A stretch of 56,913 nt of DNA. Source: Raillietiella orientalis (taxonomy: Eukaryota). The position numbers and the translations under genes were made by a program. The notes beneath the pieces are model-generated. The model did not search any database, was not told where the DNA came from, and was given only the letters and a program-made list of their open reading frames with translations. Each line of letters starts with the position of its first letter. The stretch's first letter is position 1. The stretch is taken from NCBI GenBank assembly GCA_036172245.1, contig JAYWIR010000011.1:4588001-4644913 (forward strand), in the 5' to 3' direction. Below, in pieces: positions 45,486-56,640 of this stretch.

Positions 45486-48400
45486 TCACAGTTTGCTGGG
45501 AGGGTCCGTCATCCTCTGGAGGATGCCGGCAAGCTGTTGTTGCGTGTGTGGTTCCAGATGGGGCCATCGCGTCGCCATCCTTAGGAAACGGGCGGCATGC
45601 ACGTTGGCATCCCTGTCACTGGATCCTCCCGTCGCTTTGCTCCATGCCACGACGATCCCGCGTAGGCAGCACAGGGCTGCAAGCGAGGCCGCTGGAGGCA
45701 GGGCGTCACAGACGAAGAAGGGGCGCAAAGAGTCTCTAAGGTTGCCTCCGGGGATCCCCAGGGCTGCGGCAAAGCGTTCCCACAAGGGACGGGGGGCAAC
45801 ACAATCCACTAACAGGTGGGGGAGGTATTCCCTCTCCCCGCACCTGACATAATTAGGGTTGACACCACCCCGCGTCCAGTGGTGTCGGCGGGCGTTGCAA
45901 GGAAGCCCCCAATGCAACACCAGCAGTGCCGACTGTTGCCATTTCATGGGGAGGGTGCGCGAGTCCATGAGCACCGGGGGCCACTCCAGATGTTCCTCCG
46001 GAACATCCAGTAGCTCGCCCCAGCGCAAGAGTCCATTTGGGGTGGTCCTCGGGGTCGCAGCGTTGGTGAGCTGACCCGTTCTCCAATCCCCGATCTTCTT
46101 TGCCATGCTGGCGATCTTCACAGTAACCTCCCATTGTGCCGCGACGTTGCTGCCCAGATGTTCCCGTAGGGTAGGCAGTACCGCAGCAAGGGAGGTTCTT
46201 TGAGCCCACGCTCTCCTTCGGGGATCCTCGAAGATTTCTCGGAGCGTGCGGTGGGCGTGAGGCCGGAACAGAGCTATTCGCTCGTGTTACGGGCTCTGCT
46301 CCTGAATCATTGCCCACGTGCGCACGGTTTCCTGCAGCCAGGCAGGACCGTTCGCAAGGCGTACGAGGATCCGCGCCGAGTTGTTCTTCACCAGCTTGGC
46401 CGCCCTCCGAAGTTGAAGTCCGCAGTGGCAGATGGGGCTTCGGAGTGCAAAGTAGGACGAGAGTCCCGCATTGCTGGTGGCCCGCTCGACGAGGAGACGT
46501 GCAGGGAGGCACCAAGGGGTGCACCAATTTTCTGCCATAAAGGCGACAACTCGGAACTGGAGCTGTAGCTCCAGCCGCTCCAACGTCAGGAGGCCCAGAC
46601 CACCATCCCGACGAGGAGCGCACAAGTCCGAAAGACGGAGTCGGGGCCTCCCTCTGCCCCAAAGGGCGATCCTCAGGAAGTCCTTCGTCCTCTTCTTTGA
46701 CTCCGCTGAGGGGGGGCAAACAAAAAGCAAGGGGCGAAGGAGGGGGGCCGCAAACGCGTTCCACGCCGCGGCCCGTTCATGCAGGAAGAACCTGCCGTCC
46801 TGGAAATGGTCGATCGCCGCCTGAGCCTTCTGAAGGCAGCCGGACCACGCTTCCGCAGGGGAGTAATCTCCCAACGGCACTCGAAGGTACTTGAAGTACC
46901 TCACCGTGAAGATCCCCAAACGGACCCAGTCCTGCTGTCCTGCCCACGCCGCTCCGACTGGCATTACGGACGACTTCGCCCTGTTCACCGTCAGTCCTGT
47001 TCCCCGACTCAGCAGGTCGAAGAACTCCTCGAGGAGTTCTTCGATTGCCGCAGCCGGGGTGGACATAGGCAGCAGCAGCAGAAGGTCGTCCGCGTACGCC
47101 GAAACCGCAGGCGTACCGGGACAATCGCACGGCAGGTGCGCCAGAGTCTCCCTGTACGCTCTCAGCACCAATTCGAAATAGGCGCTGAAGAGCAAGGGGC
47201 TGAGGCTGTCTCCTTGCCGTATGCCGCATCGCACCGGTACGCCGTATACGGTGGATCAACTAAAAAAGACAATAATAAGCGCGTCGCGCCAGCTGGAGCG
47301 CAGGTAGGCCAGCAAAGAGGCCGAGAAGCCGAAGCGTTCCAGAAGCTCCAAAAGGAGATTCTGGTCTACGCAATCGAATGCTTTATGCAAATCGACTGCG
47401 ACCGCGAGGGCTCATCTCCCCTCCCGACCATCCCGTCCCCCACCGACGGACGCACCGGAATTCCGGTTGCTTATTATGCTCCTTCCTTGTTGGAGCTCTA
47501 ACCATGTGGAAGCGTGGAACAGGTTCTCCTCCATACTTCGCCCGGGAACAGCATATGTCTGTTCCGAGCTGATGAAGATGTTGGCGACCCGTCCCACGCT
47601 CTCTGCCCACAGCTTGGCTAAGAACTTGGCGTCCGCATTCACTATTGTGATGGGACGCCAGTTGTTCATGCTCCTAAGGTCTCCTCCCTTAGGGAGGAGC
47701 CGCACCTTTGCTGAACGAAACGAGGCGGGAACGTCACCTGTCTCGCGTATCAGCAAGGTGAGTTGCTGTACCAGGGGAGTAAGCTCTGCCGCGAAAGTTT
47801 GATAAAACTCCGCAGGCAGGCCGTCCTCCCCTGGAGCCTTTCGCCTCTTGAGCTTTCCGATGGCCGAGATGATCTCGCCCATCGTGAAAGGCTCGTCGAG
47901 GTTCCTTTTCTCCTCCTCCCCGATCGCTGGAGCACCTTCCGGAAGCAGGAGTCGTGAGACGACCTGCTCCGGAGGCGCCCTGGCGTACAGGGAGGAGAAA
48001 AATTTCCTCACTATCCCGCGTTTCTGAGCGGGAACCGAGTGCTCCCGGCCCTGGTCGTCCAGCAAGCTAGCCGACCTGGATTGCCAGGCTTGCCTCTCGG
48101 CTCCCGCTCGGTATTCCGCTAACCTGCGCATGTCGGAAGTTCTTGCGTAACGTCGGGCCTGACGATAGCATCTTTCGTTACGCGGCCACTCCCCAAATCC
48201 CGCAGGTAGGCGATGCAGAGGGAACTGGTCGCAGAACTCCTGGACCGACCGCTTGAAGCGGTCCCAGTCCTGAAGTGTCTGCATTTTGAAGCTCCGAATA
48301 AACGCGCGGAGGTGTTCCGCCGCGTCGGGAAACTTCAGCCAGTCCCCTGGCAGACGCCACGCTGACGAGGGGGGACCCTTGTCGCGCGGACGCATTTGAA

Positions 48401-49078
48401 CATGATCCGACCATGGTCCGACAGCTCGGATGGTACCTTGCCGCGCCTGCCCACCCGAAAGCATAGGTGCTGATCAAGGTACACGTGATCGATGCTGCTT
48501 TCCATGGCCGTGTCCCCGGCTAACAAGTTGCGCGTGTTCATTTCTGCGCACACCTCGTTGACGCGGTCGTTCAGTGTATCCGGCGCACCTGAAAGCAGGC
48601 GCAGATTGAAATCACCTGCGATCAGGTGCGCTTTGCGAACTCCTGGTTCGGTCAGCCAATCGCGTCTCAGGTCAAGGTAGAACTACCTTCTTGCCTTCGC
48701 CCTCAACGCGGAGTTTCCGCTAGGAGCGTATAGGTTGGTGACGACCAGGTCGATAGAGTCGGACCAGCTGAGAGTCAGCTGACCGACGCGACCTGCGTCA
48801 TCGAACCGAACGTCCTTTATTGCGGTCTCGATGGCTGGCCGAAGCAGGAAGGCGACACCGCTTAATTTCGCGGTGCCGGAACGCCACAACAGCCGCCCAC
48901 CCGAGATCCGTTCGATCTCCCGGGCTTCATCTGCGGAGATCACGTGGATCTCCTGCAGCAGCACCAGGTCGAAGGATGCCAGGGCGGCGGCCACGTCACG
49001 CCTCTTGCCGTCATCGCTTAGCCCGTTCACGTTCCAACAGGCGATCAGCAGACGACGGCGAGAGGCGATTCCCGGCAT
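45486..49078 (-). pseudogene. B3 ORF2, disrupted
   Basis: ORFs 48683-49078, 47412-48464, 46287-47234, 45486-46121. Confidence 0.9.
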
Positions 49079-50718
49079 TATGGCTGGGAAAGTGGCGTCG
49101 CGGCACCTGCCGCGGGGCAGGTGTAGGAAAGGTCCATCGGTACGAGGACCATCGGAACGAGGACGGAGGCCTCTTCAGGCACCTGGGGTACCTGTTCGGC
49201 CTCCATCCTCACCATCCCCTCCGTGTCCGAGCGTGGAATTCTCTCGGGCGACAGGTCCCGGGAGTTTCCCAAGCTCATGGCAACCTCGCTACCGGAAGCC
49301 ATCTCTTCCCCTTCGTCGTGGGAGACGATCTTCCGGGGCATTGTGAACTTTCGTCCTGCCTTTTTGCGGGATGCCGCGGAGATGGATGCTGTGTTTCCGG
49401 CCTTCACCTCGGGGTGGGAAGTGGCCGACTCCTGAGGGGAAACCGGACGCCTGACGGCCTTCTTGCCAGCCTTGGGGGCAACCGGCTGCAGCGAGGCAGC
49501 GAGCTTCTCCGCGGCGCGCTCGAAGGCGACGTCATCGAGCGTGGGCTCGATGACGGACGCCGCCGCCTCGCTCCCCTCCTTGTTGACTTTGTCAACGGAG
49601 GGTTGATCAGGGGCAGCAGCGAGTTCTTTAGCGCCGCATTCGTCGACGGCGGGAATCTGCTCTACAACGACGCAGCAGCTTTTGGTTTTTTCGCGGCGCG
49701 GAGCGGTTTCGCTCTGTTTCGCCACGTTCTTTCCCTTCCTAGGGGAGTTTTTCTTGGGGTCGACCTTCTGCCACCCTGGCTTTTGACCCTCGCCCTTGAC
49801 CTTTTCGGCGTTTTTCGCCGGGGTCTCGGGGCTGGCCTTCGCCTTGGTGGCGGACGTCACCTCCTTAGCAGCAGCACGAGCTGCCAGCTTCTTTCTTTTT
49901 TTAGCCGCGCACTTTCTCGCGTTTTTCGCGGACACGACGCGGACTGTGTTTTGGGGGCACACCAGACGGGTGTGCCCCGCTTGTTTGCATTGCTGGCACT
50001 GCACGCTCGGACACCTCATTTTAAGGTGACCAAAGCTGCTGCAGCAGCCGCAGAACTTGGGTTTCCCCACGTACCACACGTCAACGGATTCACCGTTGAC
50101 GGTGAGTTTGTGGGGAAACTCACACCCTTCGCGTACCGTCACTCGCGCTGCACCCCGGCCGCCAAACAACCCATCGTAGTCAGCGAACAGGGTTGGCTTC
50201 CCCCACAGCGCGTGGACGGTCTCAAATTTGTTTATTTCGTTCCGGACGGCCTCCTTGGTCATCCGAAACGTAATCCCGGTCAGTTGAATGATCACCGACC
50301 TGTCTTCCGTTATTGGAAGAAGCCTCCGGCTTCCCATCATTACGGGGGTTCGCAGAAGCCTCTGCGCAAGAGTTGCCTCCTTGCAGATAACTTCCACAAA
50401 TTGACCCCCGCTTCTGACGGACATAGCCAGAAGCTCCTCTTTTTGTACGCCGAGAACGCGCATCGCCTGCAAGAGGGCGCGCGCGTTCTCGGGAGAATAT
50501 AGACCGCCTACCTTATATAGAAGGGGTGGGTTTTACCCCTCCTCCAGGTAAGCGCGCATTTTCGCCATAGCCGCTGGTGTAGGTGCCGCAGCCACGGCGT
50601 TCCAAGCCCTGGGTAGGGCCGGGAGCGCATCAGTGGGGGCGGGAGCCCCCACTTCCATCTCCTCCGGGGGCAATGGGGTCATCGCCCCCGGAATCTCACC
50701 GGTAGTGGAATCAGGCAT
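49078..50718 (-). pseudogene. B3 ORF1, one disruption near 50533
   Basis: ORFs 50533-50718 and 49078-50472 (464 aa, two knuckles). Confidence 0.9.
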
Positions 50719-50800
50719 TGCTGCCTAATCCTCCACCCACACCACACAAAACACCACCGGAAATCGAAATTCAGGAGCAGCAAAAAGACACGTCCGCTCG

Positions 50801-51724
50801 ACACTCCGCAATCTCGCTGATTGGGACCTTTTTAAGGCCTCGGTCCGCGAGTTTTGCGAGGAGTTCCCCTTGCACCGCATGCCCCCCGGATTTTGGGATG
50901 GGTTCCGTAACGAACGGGCGTATTTGTATGCCCGCCGTTACGCAAGGACCCCCAACATCCGTCGCCTGGCGGAGTATCGAGCAGGGGCCGAAAGTCAAGC
51001 CTGGCAATCCGGGTCGGACAGCTTGCTGGACGACCAGGGCCGGGAGCACTCGGCTCCGGCTAGAATACGGCACCTCGTGCGGTGTTATTTTTCCTCCCTT
51101 TACGTCAGGGCGCCCCCGGGCCAAGATGACTCTCGGCGCTTGCTTCCGGAAGGTGCCCCGGCAATAGGGGAGGAGGAGAAGGAAAGCCTCGACGAGCCTT
51201 TTACCACCGGCGAAATTCTCGCCGGTATCAAAAGGCTCAAGAGGCGGAAAGCTCCAGAGGAAGACGGCTTGCCCGCGGAGTTCTATTAGAGCTTCGCGGA
51301 AGAGCTGGCACCCCTGCTGCTTCAGATGACAAGGCTCATCCGAGACGAAGGCGATGTTCCCGCCTCGTTTCGTTCAGCCAGGGTGAGGCTCCTTCCGAAA
51401 GGAGGAGACCTCAGGAAACTCAGCAACTGGCGTCCGATCACAATTGTGAATACGGAGGCCTTGCTGATCGCCGGACTGTGGGCTTCGCGTCTGGAGCAGG
51501 TGGCCAATTCCGTAATTAGCCCGGAGCAGTTTTACGCTGTTCCCGGGCGAAGTATGGAGGCCTACCTCTTCTTCGCGAGCACATGGTTTTATGTGCAGAG
51601 TAGTGAAGAAAAGGAAGAGGGAATGATTTGCAGCCCCGCTTTGGGGGCGTCAGCCGGGCAGGGACAGGATTTCCAGGTGGGAAGAAAGCCCTAGCGATCG
51701 CAGTCGATCTACAGAAACGTTCGA
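50801..51724 (+). pseudogene. Host ORF2 resumed after B3, up to the KAFD-equivalent site
   Basis: TLRNLADWD..LDEPFTTGEI..WRPITIVN..AVDLQK. Confidence 0.85.
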
Positions 51725-51965
51725 TTTTCACCCGGATTTCGCCGGGGCGTTTATTGTTGAATAAACATTTACAAAGACGTGCAGTGACTGGACCATCGCT
51801 CCAGCCAAGCAAGAAGAAACACAGAGCCTGCCGGGTCACCGGTTCGCAGACCGGTACGGTCCACCACCCCAGCAAGGGAAAGGGGGAAAAACAAAAAACA
51901 AAACAAAAAGAAAGGAAAAAACTGGGAGGGTACGGGAAGGGATCACAGTTGCTGGTGAGGCCGTT
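51725..51965 (-). mobile_element. Copy D3 (family D), 3'UTR-only fragment
   Basis: Matches about 39842-40085; terminus at 51725-51755. Confidence 0.9.
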
Positions 51966-54180
51966 TGCAGAAATGAAAGACGGAACGATTGGCAGCACCG
52001 CTTTGGGGGCGTCAGCCGGGCAGGGACAGGACTCCCAGGGGGGAAGGGAGCCCTAGCGATCGCAGTCGATCTGCATAAAGCGTTTGACTGCGTGGACCAG
52101 GATCTCCTGCTGGAGCTCCTGGGACGCATGGGCTTCCCTCCCTCCCTACCGACCTACCTGCGCTCTTGCTGGCGCAGCGCGCTGATCAATATCTCTTTCA
52201 GAGGTCAAATGGCGTACGGCGTGCCGGTACGGCGGGGCATACGGCAGGGCGACAGCCTCAGTTTCCTGCTCTTTAGCACCTACTTTGAGTTGGTGCTGAG
52301 AGCGTACAGGGGAACTCTGGCGCACCTGCCGCACGACTGTGCCGGTACGCCGGCCGTTTCAGCATACGCGGACGACCTTCTGCTGCTGCTCCCTATGTCC
52401 ACCTTGGCTGCGGCGATCGAGGAGTTCTTCGACCTGCTGCATCGGGGAACCGGACTTACGGTGAACAGGGCGAAGTCGTCCGTGATGCCAGTTGGTGCGG
52501 CGTGGGCAGGGCAGCAGGACTGGGTCCGTTTGGGGATCCCCACGGTGAGGTACTTCAAGTACCTTGGTGTGCCGTCGGGGGACTACTCCCCTGCGGAAGC
52601 ATGGTCCGGCTGCCTCCAAAAAGTAGAGACGGCGATCGGCCCGTTCCGAGGCGGCAGGTTTTTCCTGCCTGAACGGGCCGCGGTTTGGAACACGTTCGCG
52701 GCTCCTCTCCTCCGCCCCCTGCCTTTTGTTTGCCCCCCCACAGAGAGAATTAAAAAGCGGACAAGGGACCTCCTCCGTATCGCCCTTTGGGGCAACGGGA
52801 GGGCCCGAGACCGCTTAAAGGACTTGTGCGCTCCTCGTCGGGATGGTGGTCTAGGCCTCCTGACGCAGGAGCGGCTGGAGCTTCAGCTCCAGTTCCGATT
52901 GTCGGCACTCGTTCCAGAGTTGTGGTGCATGTGTTGGTGCGTCCCTGCACGTCTCCTTCTCCAGCAAGCCACCGGCAAGACGGGACTGACGTCGTTTCTT
53001 GCACTCCGTCGCCGCCTCAACCGATGCGGACTCCAGCTACGGAGGGTGGCTGCGCTGTATCGCAAAAACCCAGGATTGGTCACCTGTCGCCCTTTGAACG
53101 GTAGTGCCTGGTTGCAGGAAACCGTTCGAACGTGGGGACAGTTCGGCATGCAACGCTCCCAACAGGAACGAAGGTTCCCGTTTGGGGGTTACAGAAGTTG
53201 CACGCTCCGCGAGATCCTGGAGGATCCAAAGAACAGAGCGTGGGCAGGAAGAACCCCCCTCGCTGCTGCGCTGCCCTCCCTGATGGAAGATCTGGACAGC
53301 GATGTTGCGGCTAAGTGGGAGGTTTCAGTTACAATTTCCGGAAAGGAGAAGAAGATAGGAGAGTGGAATACGGGCCAGTTAACAGACGCTGCGTCCCCGA
53401 GTACGCCTCCCAATGGACTTCTGCGCTGAGGCGCGCTGCTCGATGTTCCCATTGAACATCTGAAGTGGCCCTCGGTGCTCATGAACACTTCCGCCCTCCC
53501 CTTAAAATGGCGGGAGTCGGCTCTCCTGTTGCAGCACTGGGGACTCCCCTGCAAAGCCCGCCGACACCACTGGACCTGGGGAGCGGTGGACCCCAATTGC
53601 GTCAGGTGTGGGGAACGGGAGTCCCTCCCCCACCTGCTAGTGGATTGTGTTGCCCTTCGGCTTTTTTGGTTTCGCTTTGCCGCGGCCATCGGAATCCCCT
53701 GAGGCAACTGAGGGACGTACTGAAAGCCCTCTTCGTTTCCGACGCCCCTCGGCCAGCGGCCTCGTTAGCAGCTTTGTGCTGCCTACGCGGGATCGTCACC
53801 GCTTGGAGCAAGGCTACGGGAGGACAACGCGACCAGGGTGCCATCCAGCCAGCCTCCCAGTTCCTGAGGAGAGCGTCCCAATGGTTCCACCTGGATCCAG
53901 GAATACAGAAGGAGCTTGCCGGCATCCTGCAAAGGATGCAACGGCCCCACCAGCAACTGTGATCCCTTCCCTTACCCTCCCAACTTTTCTCTTCTTTTTT
54001 GTTTTGTTTTTTGTTTTTCCCCCTTCCCCCTGCTGCCGTGGTGGACCGTACCGGTCTGCAAACCGGTGACCCGGCAGGCTCTGTGTTTCTTCTTGCGTGG
54101 CTGGAGCAATGGTCCAGCCACCGCACGTCTTTGTAAATGTTTATTTTACAATAAACGCCCCGGCGAAATCCGGGTGAAAA
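51966..54180 (+). mobile_element. Copy D4 (family D), 3' 2.2 kb, head-to-head with D3
   Basis: RT core ORF 52092-53429 (GIRQGD, YADD), zinc finger, stop at 53960-53962, terminus at 54150-54180. Confidence 0.9.
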
Positions 54181-55895
54181 TCGAATGCTTTGTGCAAATC
54201 TACTGCTAGTGCCAAGGCTCCCGGCGTTTCTCCCGTCCGTCCGCACTGGCGCACGCAGTCGGCAGAAGGTCTTGCCGCTGTTCGGCTATCCGCCGCAACG
54301 CGCTCTTGAAGCTGCCACCAGGTGCGCGCGAAAAGAAGGTTCGCATCCATGGATCTACCCGGTACAGCGTAAGACTGCTCCAGGCTTACCACGGACTCCG
54401 CGACTTTCCCTAAGCGCGTGACCCACAGCTTCGAAAACAACTTGACGTACGTATTCACTAATGTGATCGGACGCCAGTTGTTGAGTTGGCGCAGATCCCC
54501 TCCTTTCGGAAGGAGACGCACCCTTGCTGAGCGGAAGGAAGAAGGTACATCGCCCGTCACCCTCATCAGCGTCGAGATTCTAAGAACCAGTGGGGCGAGT
54601 TCCGCCGCGAAGCTCTGATAGAACTCCGCGGGCAGTCCGTCCTCACCTGGCGTCTTCCGTCTCTTGAGTCCTGCGATGGCGGAAGAAACTTCCTCCAACG
54701 TGAAGGGCTCGTCGAGACGATCGCGTTCCTCCTCGCCGATGCCATGTGCAGCCCGCGGCAAAAGTAGTTCGGAGAGGACTCTTTCCGTCGGGGAATTAGC
54801 GTAGAGCAAGGAGAAGTGACGCTTTAGTGCTCGCCGCACTTCGGCAGGAGCCGTGCATTCCCGGCCTTGGTCGTCGAGCAGAATAGCCGCTCCAGACTGC
54901 CAGACCTGGCGCTCGGCCCTCGCCTTGTACTCTGCGAGTTGCCGGACTTCCGCACGTCTCGAGAAGGTGCGCGCCTGCAGGAATGCTCTGCTATTGGCCA
55001 CGCCTTCCCCGAAGCCGCGTGGTAGCAGGTGCAGGGGGAACCGGTCGCAAAACTCGCGAACCGATCTTTTAAGATGGTCCCAGTCTGCGAGTTCCCGGAT
55101 GGCAAAGTTGCGAAGGAACCGGCGAAGATGCTCCGCCGCTTCCGTATGACTCAGCCAATCCGCCGGTATCCTCCAAACATTGTTTGGAGGTCCCTTGCCC
55201 GGCGGGAGTAGCTCGAACTCCAGCCTATCATGGTCCGATAACGTGGACGGCACCCTGCCTCTCCTTCCCACTCGCGAGAGTAGGTGCTCATCGAGGTAGA
55301 GGTGATCCACGCACCTTTCCAGTCCAGGCTCGCCGGCTTCCAAGTTACGCGCGTGCACCGACGCGCATGCCTCTTCCACCCGCGACCGTTCCGCCAGGGA
55401 CCGCGTCTCGTTGGAAAGAAGGTGGACGTTGAAGTCCCCTGCGACGAGATGCGCCACTCTGGCTCCGGAGTTTCTGAGCCATTGGCTCTCCAGCACGTCG
55501 AAGAACTCGATTCTTTCGACACGCCGATGAAAGCCGCTCGGCGCGTAGACGTTGGTTACGACGAGGTCGATTGAATCTGACCACTTGAGTGCAAGTTGGC
55601 CCATTCGCCCTTCCTGGTCGAATCGAACGCTGCACACCGCTCCCGCCATCCTACTATTGACGAGAAAACCGACTTCGCACGATTGTGCAGAACCTTTTCG
55701 CCAGTACAGGGTGCCACCCGCGCGCTGTTCGATTTCCGCAACCTCCGCATCGGAGATGTAATGCATCTCCTGAAGGATCGCCAAATCGAAATGTCGCAGG
55801 GTGTCTGACACGTCGCGCCTCTTTCCGTCCCTGCGCAGCCCATTGACGTTCCAACAGGATACACTGGATTGACGAAAAGAGGCGACTTCCTGCAT
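54181..55895 (-). pseudogene. ORF2 of J (APE + RT N-terminal half), open but cut by D4
   Basis: ORF 54141-55916: CWNVNG..WRPITLVN..DLHKAFD. Confidence 0.9.
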
Positions 55896-56640
55896 TAAGG
55901 CTGGGAAGGTGAGCACAGATTTCTCGCCTTGTCCGGCGAGTGGTCACGAGACAGAGCGGTCGATCTCGGAGACTGGACATCTCCATTCGAAGCCGCACTG
56001 CTTGTTGCCGGTAGTTCAGAGGTGAGGTCCTTTTCCTCCTCTTTGCTCCCCAGCAACAGTTCCTCCTCGGCAACCACGCGCTTGCGGGTCTTCGGGAGGC
56101 GATTGCGCGGTTTCGGGCGGTTGTCGCGCTGTGTGCTCTTTCTGTCGGACTCTGGATCAGAATCCGACAGTCCAGGGCTTGCCAGGCGCTGCTGCTGTTT
56201 CCCGGAATTAGGGAAATCGTTCGCTGCCTGTTTCCTAGCAATTTCTGCAACTGCGGCTGGGACTTTCGTCCTTTTAGCCGCAGCAGCAGCTTCCCGCTCC
56301 ATCCGCGAGAGAACGAATGCGCAGGAGGAAAGAATCGCAATCTTTTTCTGCGAAGGTTTCGCGGGTTTCTTTCGCCCACTCACCTTCACACAGAGCTGCG
56401 AAGACCTTGATGGTTTCTTTCTAATGATCTTTCTCACCTGCATCCAGCCGTCTTCCTTCGCGTCGCAGTTATCTTTGCCATCCTGAGATGGCGCTGCTTA
56501 CACGGATGTAAGAGGCGTTGCCTTGGCTGCCTCTTGGAGTGCTGCCTCCACGCAGGCGTAAGCAACTCCTTTAGCGATCGCGAGAGCCTTGCGCACGGGC
56601 GGTATCGCCGCCGCTGAACGAAAGGGAGGCGTGATTATTG
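54181..56640 (-). mobile_element. Copy J (family C-related): ORF1 tail and ORF2 up to KAFD
   Basis: TAATG at 55893-55897; open APE-RT frame; ORF1 tail at 55895-56443. Confidence 0.88.

Larger units (their letters stand above)
45271..50800 (-). mobile_element. Copy B3 (family B), full length, 15/17 matching TSD
   Basis: accctccggaatctcgc at 45254-45270 vs acactccgcaatctcgc at 50801-50817; terminus at 45271-45300. Confidence 0.95.

Noticed and set aside
48820..50502. Long antisense ORFs (also 35343-36824, 24565-25758, 27145-28410) as genes
   Set aside because: Shadow frames of GC-rich LINE coding sequence with no motifs, and not kept open between paralogous copies
54030..54125. 3'UTR stem-loops as HDV-like or hammerhead ribozyme, or tRNA
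   Set aside because: No pseudoknot or catalytic core consensus and no cloverleaf recognisable by eye
1590..54180. Recurrent 30-bp palindromic motif as CRISPR repeat or integron attC/recombination site
   Set aside because: Copies are kilobases apart on both strands, always at the end of a LINE 3'UTR after AATAAA; no cas or integrase gene present
39830..54195. Identical D junctions explained by segmental duplication
   Set aside because: Host sequence differs immediately beyond the junction and belongs to different lineages
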